A stretch of 64,000 nt of DNA from assembly GCF_018350175.1 (NCBI RefSeq), contig NC_058368.1, positions 48,176,001-48,240,000 of the forward strand, written 5' to 3'. Below the pieces are notes generated by a model. That model made no database searches. It worked only from the letters and a program-made list of their open reading frames with translations, and was not told the origin of the DNA. Below, piece after piece: positions 39,026-50,190 of the stretch (position 1 is the first letter of the stretch; each line of letters begins with the position of its first letter). Origin of the DNA: Felis catus (Eukaryota). Both the position numbers and the translations under genes were made by a program.

Positions 39026-39536
39026 CCTCATACACTTCTTTCACCTTTTTTCTCAAGGAAAATTTAAATTCCTAATATACTGTATAATTGTGTAGAAAAA
39101 AAAAGTTCTATTCAGTGTACTGTGCAACTAGAAATAATTACTGAATATATGATATTACTGATTTTATAAGTGATTCTGCATGGAAAAGTCATAGTTCCTG
39201 ATGGAGTATGTAGCTATGAGAAGAAATTTACTAAATGGACACTTGTCAACATAGGAGATCACAAAAATAAAATACAGCATAATATAAGAATGGAACAGAA
39301 TGAAGTTTGTAGCAAAAATCCATTTATTTCCCATTTTAAAAACAACATTTTGTACATTCAGTAACACTACATTTTCAAGGATGCATATTTATCTAAATAA
39401 AGAAGGAAAATGGAATGAAAGGACATATGTTAAATGTAATTAGAAGTTGCTATCAATAGGGATGGAAAAGAATGGAAAGGAAGATAAAAAGAGAAAATCA
39501 ATAATAAAAAATGAAATAATGAAATAACATCAAAAT

Positions 39537-40534
39537 TGTACTTTGTTGAATAGTACCCTCTCTAAATTCATGTCCTTCTCAGAACCTCAGTTTGTGACTT
39601 TATTTGGAAATAGGATTGTTACAGATGTAATTAATTAAGATGAGATCATACTGAACTATGGTGAGCCCTTAACCCAATGTGAGTGATGTTCTCTTAAGAA
39701 GAGAAGGGACACAATTGTCCATCGACAGATGAATGGATAAAGAAGATGTGGTGTATATACACAATAGAGTATTACTCGGCAATCAAAAATAATGAAATCT
39801 TGCCATTTGCAACAACATGGATAGAACTAGAGGGTATTATGCTAAGCGAAATTAGTCAGAGAAAGACAAATATCATATGACTTCACTCATATGTGGAATT
39901 TAAGATACAAAATAGATGAACATAAGGGAAGGGAATCAAAAATAATATAAAAACAGGAAGAGGGACAAAACAGAAGAGACACTTAAATATAGAGAACAAA
40001 CTGAGGGTTGCTGGAAAGGTTTTGGGTTAGAGATGGGTTAAATGGGCAAGGGGCATTAAGGAGGACACTTGTTGGGATGAGCACTGGGTGTTATATGTAG
40101 GGGATGAATCACTGGATTCTACTCCTGAAATCATTATTGCACTATCTGCTAACTTTTAGATGTAAATTAAAAATTGTTTTAAAATGAACTAAACTATCAA
40201 TGAACTAAAACCATAAAAAAAGAGTAGAGACAAAGAGACAGACATGCAGAGAGGGAAGACAACACAAAGATACACAGGGAGAATGCCATTTGCCAATGGA
40301 GGCAGACTGGAGTGATGTACCTACACACAGAGTGCCAAGGATTACCGACAACCACCAGAAGCTAGGAAGAGACAAAAGAGGATCTTCACCTAGAACCTTC
40401 AGAGAAGGTATGGCACTGCTGACAGCTTGATTACAGATGTCTAGCCTTCCAGAATTGTGAGACAATAAATTTCTGTTGTTTTAAGCCACCAAATTTGTAG
40501 TACTTTCTTAAGGCAGCTCTAGCAAACTAATACA
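39537..40534 (+). mobile_element. MaLR solo LTR (MLT1C-like), split by an L1 3' fragment
   Basis: 5' half 39537-39713 ('tatttggaaatagg...agatgtaatta'); 3' half 40215-40534 ('ccaccagaagctaggaagag...gcaaactaataca'). Confidence 0.9.
39714..40215 (+). mobile_element. L1 3' fragment, 5'-truncated
   Basis: 'tgtccatcgacagatgaatggataaag' through 'gatgagcactgggtg'; degenerate TSD aagaagagaagggaca/aaaaagagtagagaca. Confidence 0.93.
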
Positions 40535-41057
40535 AAAACTAATACAAAAACAGACCCACAAAAATGACCATGAGCTAATGTTACTAAAATAGAGGCTACG
40601 GTGGAATTTTGTTTTATTCTGGATTTGGGGAACAATATTAACACCCATATGAGAAGGCAATACTGTGCTGTCTAAGACTTGTACTGCATAGAATTGCTCT
40701 TTGCCAGGGCTGTGGTCTGATTTATGCTGCCTTTGTAGCTAAGAAAAGCTACCATAGAAGGGTACTCCTTCTGTATTTGGAAACATAGCCCCAACTTGCT
40801 TCATCAGGGTAGGAGTAGAAAAAGTTGTTTAGACAAGTTTGTGGCAATATATTCTATAAGAAGTTCTTAGGTCCCTATCAATAAACTTTATTTATATGAA
40901 TGGCTATTTTAAATTTAGATGAAAAACAAAAACATTGGAACTTGTCCCAAACTTAACTATTAGCACTTGAGGAAAGTACCTGATTATACCCTGAAATCTG
41001 ACTTGTTCCTAAAAATGGGGGGACACAGATTGACCCAGAATTGATAGTCTGAGCATC

Positions 41058-41110
41058 TTTTTTACATGTTTATTTATTTTGAGAGACAGAGAGAGCACGA
41101 GCCAAGGGGA

Positions 41111-41171
<61 letters not shown>

Positions 41172-41403
41172 ATCTCAGTGCTCACAGTGCAGGGTCTGAC
41201 ATGGGGCTCAATCTCAGGAACCGTGAGATCATGTCTTGAGACAGGATCAAGACTTGGATGCTTATGGGGCACCTGGGTGGCTCAGTTGGTTAAGCATCTG
41301 ACTCTTGATTTTGGCTCCTATCATGATCCCATGGTTCATAAGATCACGACCTGAGCTGAAATCAAGAGTTGGACGCTTAACTGACTGAGCCACTCAGGTA
41401 CTC
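41058..41403. mobile_element. Compound CAN-SINE: minus copy, then plus head, then minus head
   Basis: Minus SINE 41058-41264 with long (GA)n; plus head 41266-41338; minus head 41342-41403. Confidence 0.9.
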
Positions 41404-41444
41404 TTAAGGTAATTTTAATGTAAGTTCTCTGGCACTACTTTGAG

Positions 41445-41613
41445 AGGTAGTTTTCTAGATTTTCGAACGTTAACGTGCCTATGATTCACATGGAGTCTTA
41501 TTAGAATGCAGATTCTGATTCCCTATTGGTTCAGGACGGGACTTGATTTTTAGCTGTTCTAACAGGTTCCCAGGTAACATGAACACATATGGCCCACTGG
41601 CAACACTTGAGGT
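41445..41613. mobile_element. hAT-Charlie MITE (MER5A-like); further MER5 pieces nearby
   Basis: 'aatgcagattctgatt', 'ttctaacaggttcccaggt'. Confidence 0.75.
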
Positions 41614-41934
41614 GGAAAGCTTTTAAAATCTAGTGCTTCAGGAGCATCACAGAGCAGGTATTTTTCTAGCACCAGTATTTTTCTAAAGCTCCCAGGTGAT
41701 TCCAGTACACAGCTAGGTGGGAGGCTACAAAGCCAGTAGCCATTGCCAGTGGAAATAGTGGCTTCTAACTCACAGACTTTCTCCAGGCACAGATTAATGG
41801 TAAGTGATATTTCAAAAGAAGAGATGACTAATTTCAAAGGGGTGAAATTTAAAAAAAAATTACAATGATTTTATTGCCTCAAAGAGCACTGGAATTACTC
41901 CCCACTCTATTATTTTCAGTTCATTCAAAACTAA

Positions 41935-42668
41935 CAGTTGTGTGCTGGTGAGGACGTGGGGGAAAAGGAAGCCCTGTACACCTGCTGGTGGGAATGTAAA
42001 TCAGTGCAGCCACTGTGGAAAACAGTGTGAAGTTTGCTCAAAAAGTTAAAAATAGAAATACCGTATGATCCAATAATTTCACTGCTGGGTATTTACCCAA
42101 AGAAAATAAAAACACTGATTTCAAAGGATATATTCAAGATGAATACATAGGGAAGATGTGGTGAACACACACACACACACGTGCGTGCGCATGCATGCAT
42201 GCACGTGCACACACATACACACCCCCGTGGAATATTACACAACCACAAAAAAGATGAGACTGTGCCATTTACAACAAGGTGGATGGACCTCCAGGGTGTT
42301 ATGTTAAGTAAAAAAATCAGACTGAGAAAAACAAATACGATAAGATTTCACTCATATGTGAAATCTGAAGATAAAAAAATGAATGAATAAACAAACCCAA
42401 AACAGAATCAGATCTGTAAACACAGAGAACAAACTGACGGTTGCCAGAGGGGAGGAGGATGCAGAGACACACAAAACGGGCTACTAAGTCACAGGAAAAA
42501 AAGTACAGTGTAAGGAATATAGTCAGTGGTATTGTAATAGCATTGTGTGGGGACCCATGGGAGCTACACTTGGGGTGAGCACAGCATGATGTTTAAACTT
42601 GTCAAATCACTGTTGTATACCTGAAACTAATGTAACGTTGTGTGCCAACCATACTCAAATAAAAAAAT
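41935..42668 (+). mobile_element. Carnivore L1 3' fragment
   Basis: 'gctggtgggaatgtaaatcagtgcagccactgtggaaaacag'; 3' end 'cctgaaactaatgtaacgttgtgtgccaaccatactcaaataaaa'. Confidence 0.92.
42165..42222. repeat. 58-nt perfectly alternating purine-pyrimidine tract (CA/GT/GC/AT)
   Basis: acacac...gtgcgtgcgcatgcatgcatgcacgtgcacacacatacacac. Confidence 0.9.
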
Positions 42669-44240
42669 CGATTAAAAAACAAGTGACAGATGTAGACAGA
42701 CCTTCTTATGTTTTTGTCATTTGAGAGTCAGAATTCAGTGTGATATCTTTCGTCTTTGTATTTATTCCTGGTTTCTGAGCCTCCCAGGGTGCTGGTTAAG
42801 CTGCAGGTAGTGGTTCTGAGACACAGCTAGACAGCCTTCCACATACCACTGTGGGTTCACAATAATTAGAATGTAAAAGACATCAGGGCGCTCTCCTAAT
42901 CAGTGCAATTATCCCTCGATTTCTCTGTTTTCGCCATTTAATTTCTCATCTTGGTCAGGAACTGTCTTCTGGCAGCAGATATTTGATTATTTTGCCCAAA
43001 CCTGGATTTCAGATTCCCAAACTTTTTTTCCCCCTTTCTCTTTGTGTCTTCCTTTCAGCAAATGATTGATTAACATGAAAATTATTTATATAATTAAATT
43101 CTGATTTCTACAACGCCCGCCTGCTTGTGTGGTGGCTTCAATGGGGTTTCTTCCAGGACATTTGCTTACAGGAAGGAGCCAACCTTCTTTTCTTCAGTTC
43201 CTGACTGCTAAAGGGGATAATACCTGTGGAAAGTACCTTGTAACCGTATTAGGTTACTAGTCAGTAACCCTTATTGTTGTCGGTAGTAGTAATTCCAGAG
43301 AAGTCTTCTTCTGAAGTGATCAGGAGTGGCATTTGGCCAGACGATCAGAACATTTGTCTAAAACAAGGAATTGTTTTAAAAATGATGTAAGGTATCAAAA
43401 TGTTACATTTTAATCTGAGACATTTGCAGACATAGCTGACATTCAGCCAGCATGCACCCATGGCTGTGTAATCATTTGAGCATCCTTTCTGGTGGGATAA
43501 GAATCTGTACTAATTGGTCAGGGCCAAAACAATACTGCTTATTAAACTATTTGGATATAACCCCTCTATATTCATCAATCTTTTGACATAGGATCAAAAC
43601 CATTTCTTTGAGTATCGGTCTTCTGAGAGGAATTCTGTCTCTTTCTTCCCATAAACCACACCCATGACATACCGTCCTGAATTTCCAATTTTAGTTTTTT
43701 TGGTGTACATCGAGAATAAAAAGTCAGTTAAAATGCAGCTTAGACATCCACAATTTTAAGACTCACTCCCCTCCCCACCCCCCCACTTTTAGAACATCTC
43801 ACCCTGATCTCACTTAACAGCAAGTCTTGAATCTCACCATGATGAGTCTTGATGAAGCATTCAACCTAGCTTTCACAGAATCAAAAACTTTCTTTCATAC
43901 TCATATTCACATTCTATGGGTTTACATAATATCTAGTTAAGCTGTGTCACAACAAGAACAAGCACAATGGTCACAAAATGGGAACAAAGGCAACTGATCC
44001 TGGTCAACATAGAATTCAACTAGTGGAAATGGAAGAGTCTGCAGGCACGCTAGAATTTAGCCTGCTGGGTTCAAGGATTCAACTGACCAGGGACATGGAT
44101 GTTAGGTGAAAATACATGAAAATTTGGGCATGCCATCATTTTCTGACCTACAAAGCCAGCAGTTTAACTAGTGTTCTAACTAGTATATTTTACAGAGTGA
44201 TGCAGGTCAACTAAGGCAGCTTCAATTATGTTACAAAAGC

Positions 44241-44305
44241 AAATAAATAAATACATACATACATACATACATACATACATACATAAATACAAAAAATAAA
44301 TAAAT
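44241..44305. repeat. (TAAA)n/(TACA)n microsatellite
   Basis: Direct reading. Confidence 0.9.
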
Positions 44306-44330
44306 ATATGATAAAAGAACAGAGCTTCTT

Positions 44331-44477
44331 CTGTGCTGACAGCTCAGAGCCTGGAGCCTGTTTCGGATTCTGCATCTCCCTCTCTCTCTGACCCTCCCCC
44401 GTTCATGCTCTGTCTCTCTCTGTCTCAAAAATAAATAAATGTTAAAAAAATTTTTTTAACAAAAAATAAATAAAAAA
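44331..44477 (+). mobile_element. 5'-truncated CAN-SINE
   Basis: Starts mid-body at 'ctgtgctgacagctcagagcc'; perfect TSD aaaagaacagagcttctt at 44313-44330 and 44478-44495. Confidence 0.95.
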
Positions 44478-44544
44478 AAAAGAACAGAGCTTCTTTTCAA
44501 CACTGTGCTTCCTCTTTAAGATTTTTGGACTACACTTGTTAAGG

Positions 44545-44836
44545 GTGTTTGTCCTTCCACTGAGCATTTCATAAAAGCTTTCCTTTGGCCTCAAAAGAAA
44601 AGTTCAAAAAATGCTATTGTTAGATAAGTTTGGGAAATACCACATACCATACCCATCCAGGAGAGTCATAATGCTCATCAGCATATTAAAGGCTCTGAGA
44701 AGTCCTGTAGCAAAGGCCTTTGTTTAATTTGTTTACCTTAGGGTTTCATAAATTTAACGAAAGTAGGCCGTTTCAGGTAACATCTAATCCTGAAGACCTA
44801 ATGTTTAATGAAACAAACACACTTTAGTGAACACTA
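44545..44836 (+). mobile_element. hAT-Charlie MITE (MER103C-like)
   Basis: 'ataagtttgggaaa', 'cagcatattaaaggctctgagaagtcctgtag'. Confidence 0.8.
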
Positions 44837-46869
44837 CCAACGAGCATTAAAGAAAGTATTAATCTAAAAAAAAGTATTAATCTGATTTTGCAGTAGATTA
44901 AACAAATGCCATCTTAGTATCAGTTTGAAACAGCACAATTTGTGCAGGTGTCCCAAAGCACTATACAAATTTCATTTAATGGTAATGTTCTCCCTATACA
45001 AATAGAGAAAGAAAGGTATAAAGAAGCATTAGGTTGCTTGCCAGAATACACACAAGACTGAGGCAAACTGGAACCATAGCCCCCATGTCTGAACAATGAT
45101 TTCTATGCTGTGTTTACAAACAGAACCGAATTGCAAATTGTAGCCACTCATTTCTAACTGAAGTATCTATTTGAGTGAAGTTCTGCCTTGGTGATTGTGT
45201 TTTCATTTATCGAATTTTAATTGAACACATTCGTAAAATTAAAACACACTAATTTTTGGTGATTTTCACGTATTTACCTCTCTAGGGGTAACCAACTGTC
45301 CCTTTTGTTAACTGCACGGTGAAGAAGGTGGAAGAGACTGTCTCTCACTCAGGCACACGTCCTATTGAGGAGTAGATAGTATTTCTTCATGTGACTTTAA
45401 CATTAAATTAATTAAAAGTAAGAATGATGCTAAACAGTGTACTCCTTGAACCAGACGTAAGTAGACCAAACTGTGGCGCTCCCAGGGCAGAGTAACGTTG
45501 ACCTCTAGATTTGATGGCTGGTGACTTTCATCAATAATTGAGAGCCGGGACTCTATAAAATTTCCAGCAGCTACAGGGATTCATGGATCTACTACAGCCT
45601 TAGCTCAGAAGCTCATTGATAAAACAAGACATTAATAGACAGCTTTCTGTGTGCGAGATTCCGACCTTGAGAGAATGAGTCTCAGTCACCTGTAAGCTTA
45701 AATAGATTTATGTGCTCTGGAGCTTGTCAGCATAATAGGTGTTTCCCAGCATTTTGGAATTGCATGTACGTGACAGAGGAGTAACTTTTAGAGCATACCT
45801 GCCTCCCCCCGCTGCCAGGGGTGGGAGGTGGGGAACACTGATGTGCGACTTCAGAATCAGATTTAAAGACACCCTTGCTCTATATACGTTATCTTTGAAT
45901 ACTCTCCCACACCACAGGGCCTCATTGCCTCTGTCACGAACAATATCTGTTATTTTGGAACGCTGTAATGCTTTACCTCAAGGCCAAGCCAGAGTTGTCA
46001 AATAGAGATGAAGAGCCTTTTGGCAAAAAAAGGGCTCTTAAAATGTTTACCTTCTCATACCTAATGGTTTTAGATCATATCTTATTAGCCTAGGAGACCA
46101 TTATATAAAGTACAATTAAGATCTCCTTGACATTTTCTAGGAGTTCCAATTCAGCTTTGCTAATGGCTATAACTTCATTGCCTTTTCTTTTTTTTTTTTT
46201 TTTTTTAATTTAATGCCATACAGTGTTGGAAATGCAGTTTATAATAATGCGGACTACCTAGGGTGCACTTGCAATAATTACACAGAATGTCAACAGCCTC
46301 TCAAGCTGGATCCTGTGTTGATTGCATCTTGTGACATTTTCATTTGGTCAACTTGTTGGAATTACACCTCTGTGGGCAGGCTCCTACCCCTCCGACAACT
46401 GCTCAGTTTGATCCTGTCTATGGAGTTTAACATTCCCCCAATTATAGAAAGAAAGCAGAGCTGGGCCTAAGAATAGGATCATTGTTTCCATGTCCCACCC
46501 ATGCTGTCAGCAACTTTCATTCAAGGAACATCTAGTGAGTGTTTATTATATATTCAGCCCTGTTTTAGGGACTAAGGACACAAAGCTTCGTAAGATCCTC
46601 TTCTGCTGTCACTCCTATGTGTTGAAGTAACACATAAGGTGAGAGCTCAGAAACATCTTCCCAGCAGCAGACAAATTTCTTCATAGAAGAGAAATCCCAC
46701 AGGAGTTAAAATTTGAACCACAGAGTTCTATTCCATATCCTGTTTCCTTTTTTTCCCCCCCCACATTTTTCCTCCCTGGGCCCATGCTACCCAGAACTCT
46801 AGTTATAAATAGGCTTTATGTGGACCACAATTTGGCAAAAAGAAAAAAAAAAAAGTAGTTAAAATGTAT

Positions 46870-47070
46870 GTGGTACCCATGTCCTGCTGGTTTCTGTTGT
46901 AACCTTTTATATATAAATCTCCACAATAAATCTATATGGCAGATCCTATTATCACCATTTTACAGACAAGGAAACTGAGGCACAAAGAGGGTTTTGTTTT
47001 GTTTTAGGTCTCACACAAGGAATAGAGAACCTGAAGTTTGAACCTTGATTATTTGCAAAGAGCCTGATAC
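46870..47070 (-). mobile_element. MIR SINE
   Basis: 'ccattttacagacaaggaaactgaggcacaaagagg'. Confidence 0.75.
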
Positions 47071-48626
47071 TGCTCTGCCATTAGGAGGAAGGCCCTGATA
47101 AAGGGTCAGTATGGTAAATTAAACAATATAGTCCCCAGAAGACGATTAACACATGTCATAAAAGCAGGATGGCTGAAAACAAAGAGGGTCAAGACAAGAA
47201 CAGAACACAGACCTTTCCCTGCGCCATCCTGCCTGAGGACTTAGGACATCGACTCCTTTGTAGAGAGGGACAGGGGTTAAAATAATAACAGCCCTATATG
47301 TGATTCCTATTTTATTTTAAATACACTAACACTTAGGTAAACTGATTAATGTACCATATATGGATCTCAAAGAAGAGATTCACTCAATCAACTAATTACT
47401 TTTGTTCTGTTTACAAAGTGCCAAAGTAAAGGAACTTCTTTCGGTGTTTTTAAAGCAGTAGCGTGAACAGGCCAGGGGCACCTCGTGTAACGACAGCCGC
47501 CAGGATTCAGGGGTGGGAAATGGGCCCCTCTTACAGAATCTGATTGAACCAAGCTCATTCAGGAATACTTCATCGTGTATGTACATTGTCTTATTTGGAG
47601 GATAAATTAAAAGAAGGAAGCCAGAGGAGAGACCCAATTATATTATGCTCCCAGGAAACTAAGAAGAGGCTGCATGTTTAGAAATGCCCCCTTCATTTTC
47701 AGCCCATTCTGAATCTGGAAAGAAGGGGTGAATAGGCAAACAGGTTAACTGGTCAGGTTAACACTAGATCTCAGAAGGTGCTAAATCAGATGCTGGGAAG
47801 TGTTAAACTATCGATCAAAGAGAAGTCCCGCCTGTTCGCCAAGAATTGCTGGGGTTAGAAACTCTCTTTACAGTATCGATCATATTTTTTACTTGCTTGA
47901 CTGGTTAAAGAACAGGTTTGGTCCTGTCCCTGGATTTCTTCAGGGTTAAAAATGTGAAAAAAATGTATATAACAGTTAGGTTTATCTGAATGGGCTCCTG
48001 TTTAGTTCTCACTATCTCTGAATAAAATTTATTTTTTTCCATTTATGTTCTTTTTAAGCAAGTTAATTATCTGTTTTCTGACTACAAATCCATTTGAGTC
48101 TGGCTAAAATAGGCTCCAACGTTTATTTACGGTTTTCCTGGCCATCGAGTTAGATTTTGGGGGGATCATGCTTTAGATATTACCATGCTGAAAGTTATTG
48201 GTTATAAAACTTTTGTGTATTTTTATAACTATCTTGAGTAAAAAACTTAATGTTCTACCAATATATTTGAAAGCATCATAGACATATAAATGCAATATGA
48301 TTGAGAAGTTTCTTTTTTGACATGTATTTATATAAGAAAGGTTTTTTACTATGTTCCATTATACTTATACAGCTGGCTTTACCATCTCAGATCTATGGTG
48401 AACACTGAGCTTATAGAGTTTTAATGCAATCTTCCAAACTTCTATAAATTAATATAATGTGGATGTATTTACTGTATTAAAAATAAAATGAAAATGTAGG
48501 GTCTTATTGTGGATGAAACAAGAAAAAGTAAAATACTACCTTAAAGAATTCATTCAGGTGAGATGGACTAACTGAGACTAAGTTATTGCCTTTTACTCTT
48601 GGTTAAATGATAGTGTACATAGGACA

Positions 48627-48781
48627 GGAACGCCTGGGTGGCTCAGTTGGTTAAGTGTCTGACTCCTGATTTTGGCTCAGGTCATGATCTCACGGTTCAT
48701 GGGGGCTCCACACTGAGTATGGAAAGTGCCCAGGATTCTCTCTCTCTCTTTCAAAATACATAAACATTAAAAAAAATAAAT
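48627..48781 (+). mobile_element. CAN-SINE with internal deletions
   Basis: 'cgcctgggtggctcagttggttaag'; 22-bp TSD aaatgatag(tg/aa)tacataggaca at 48605-48626 and 48782-48803. Confidence 0.93.
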
Positions 48782-49994
48782 AAATGATAGAATACATAGG
48801 ACAAATAAACATAAAATCATAAGAAAATAAGATGTCCTCACAACACTGAGATGTGCTGTAATAGCATTCATGACTTAAAAAAAATGACACAAAACGTGTA
48901 CGTTTCTCAAAAGAAACGGATCTAGAACTGTATGCCAAAAGTTGCACATCTGTTTTGTTTGTAAAAGCTTGTTGACCGACAACAATTAAGATTTGTGTGT
49001 TTTACTATGTTAATTATTTTCTGAAAAAGTTACACATCGTTTAGAAACTTATGAAGCAGTGGCTACAAGAACACTGATGAGCATTTCACCGAAAAATTTT
49101 AAATGCCATTTAAAAAAATAATAGACAGTGGAATTCAGTGTTTCACGCACAGTTGTATGAGTGTTAACACCTGGATAGATGTATGTGGCCAAAAAAGAGG
49201 GCCAACTGACGGAGCACAGGCGAAGCCCCCTGGCGATTCACAGCTCTCTGTACTGATTGCTGCACTGAAACCCAGCACTCGCCTAGTATATCCTCCTCCC
49301 CTGCTCTGGGTCCCTGTAGAGAGAACCTTTAATGCTACTGTCACCAACCGCATCAGTTATGCTGCCAATGATCTTAGAATGATCCCTCACCAGGGTCCAC
49401 TGCTCGTGCCCACACTGCAGCCATCTGCGGTGTCTGTCCTGAAGCTGTGAATGTCCATGACATTGATTTCTCTGTAAGGCTGTCTCAATCTTCCAGAGCT
49501 CCCGGCAATGTCTTTCATCATGGCCAATGCTGCTACACTGAGGCTGCCACAGTGCGCTCCTAACATTTTAAGCATCTTTTAGGAAATCCTTCCCCAATTA
49601 TTTTGTTTTGTTTTGATTTTTTGACCTTTTTGTTGAGACACCATGCCTTTTGGTCAAGGATTCTTTAGGAACTAGGCCAAATATCTGTATGGAAGGCATG
49701 GTGTGGCTCTCACAATCCTCCCTCCCAAACACCAGCCCTATGTTGTTGAGTCATTCTCTATTACTTAGAATGAGTCTTTTCATAGGATTCCCCTTGGCCC
49801 TTCAATCAACTTTAAAGGGCTCACCTCTGTTATCCCACAGACATGTCTAGGTTTGCCCGATCCTACGTGCACACGGCATCACTGGCTAGATTTTTGTATT
49901 CCCTCAAGATTAGTCACGTTTCATATTTCTATCAGGCAGTCGATAGCATTCTCAATAGACTTGATTCCCATATTTTTAAATGATAATATGGGCA

Positions 49995-50190
49995 AATCTT
50001 TATTTAGCACCTTCCATACAGCAGGCACTGTCCTGAGTCCTTTACAGGCATCATTTCATTCAATCCTCTCAACCCCAGGTGAGAGGTGCTTTTGTTGCCC
50101 CCAATAGACAGTTGAAGAAATGGGTACCCTGACAGGTTAAACATCTACCCAAGACCACACCAAGAGCACATACCATGGCTACACACCCAG
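49995..50190 (-). mobile_element. MIR SINE
   Basis: 'tttatttagcacc...caggcactgtcctgag', 'aggttaaacatctacccaagaccacac'. Confidence 0.7.

Noticed and set aside
44852..44883. Short tandem duplications (also about 5303-5331, 40525-40547, 61885-61910)
   Set aside because: Two-copy slippage events of 10-20 bp; no repeat-spacer or CRISPR-like organisation.
45280..45465. Isolated splice-like signals (ctctag acceptor, AC|GTAAGT donor)
   Set aside because: They do not pair into an open, recognisable exon.
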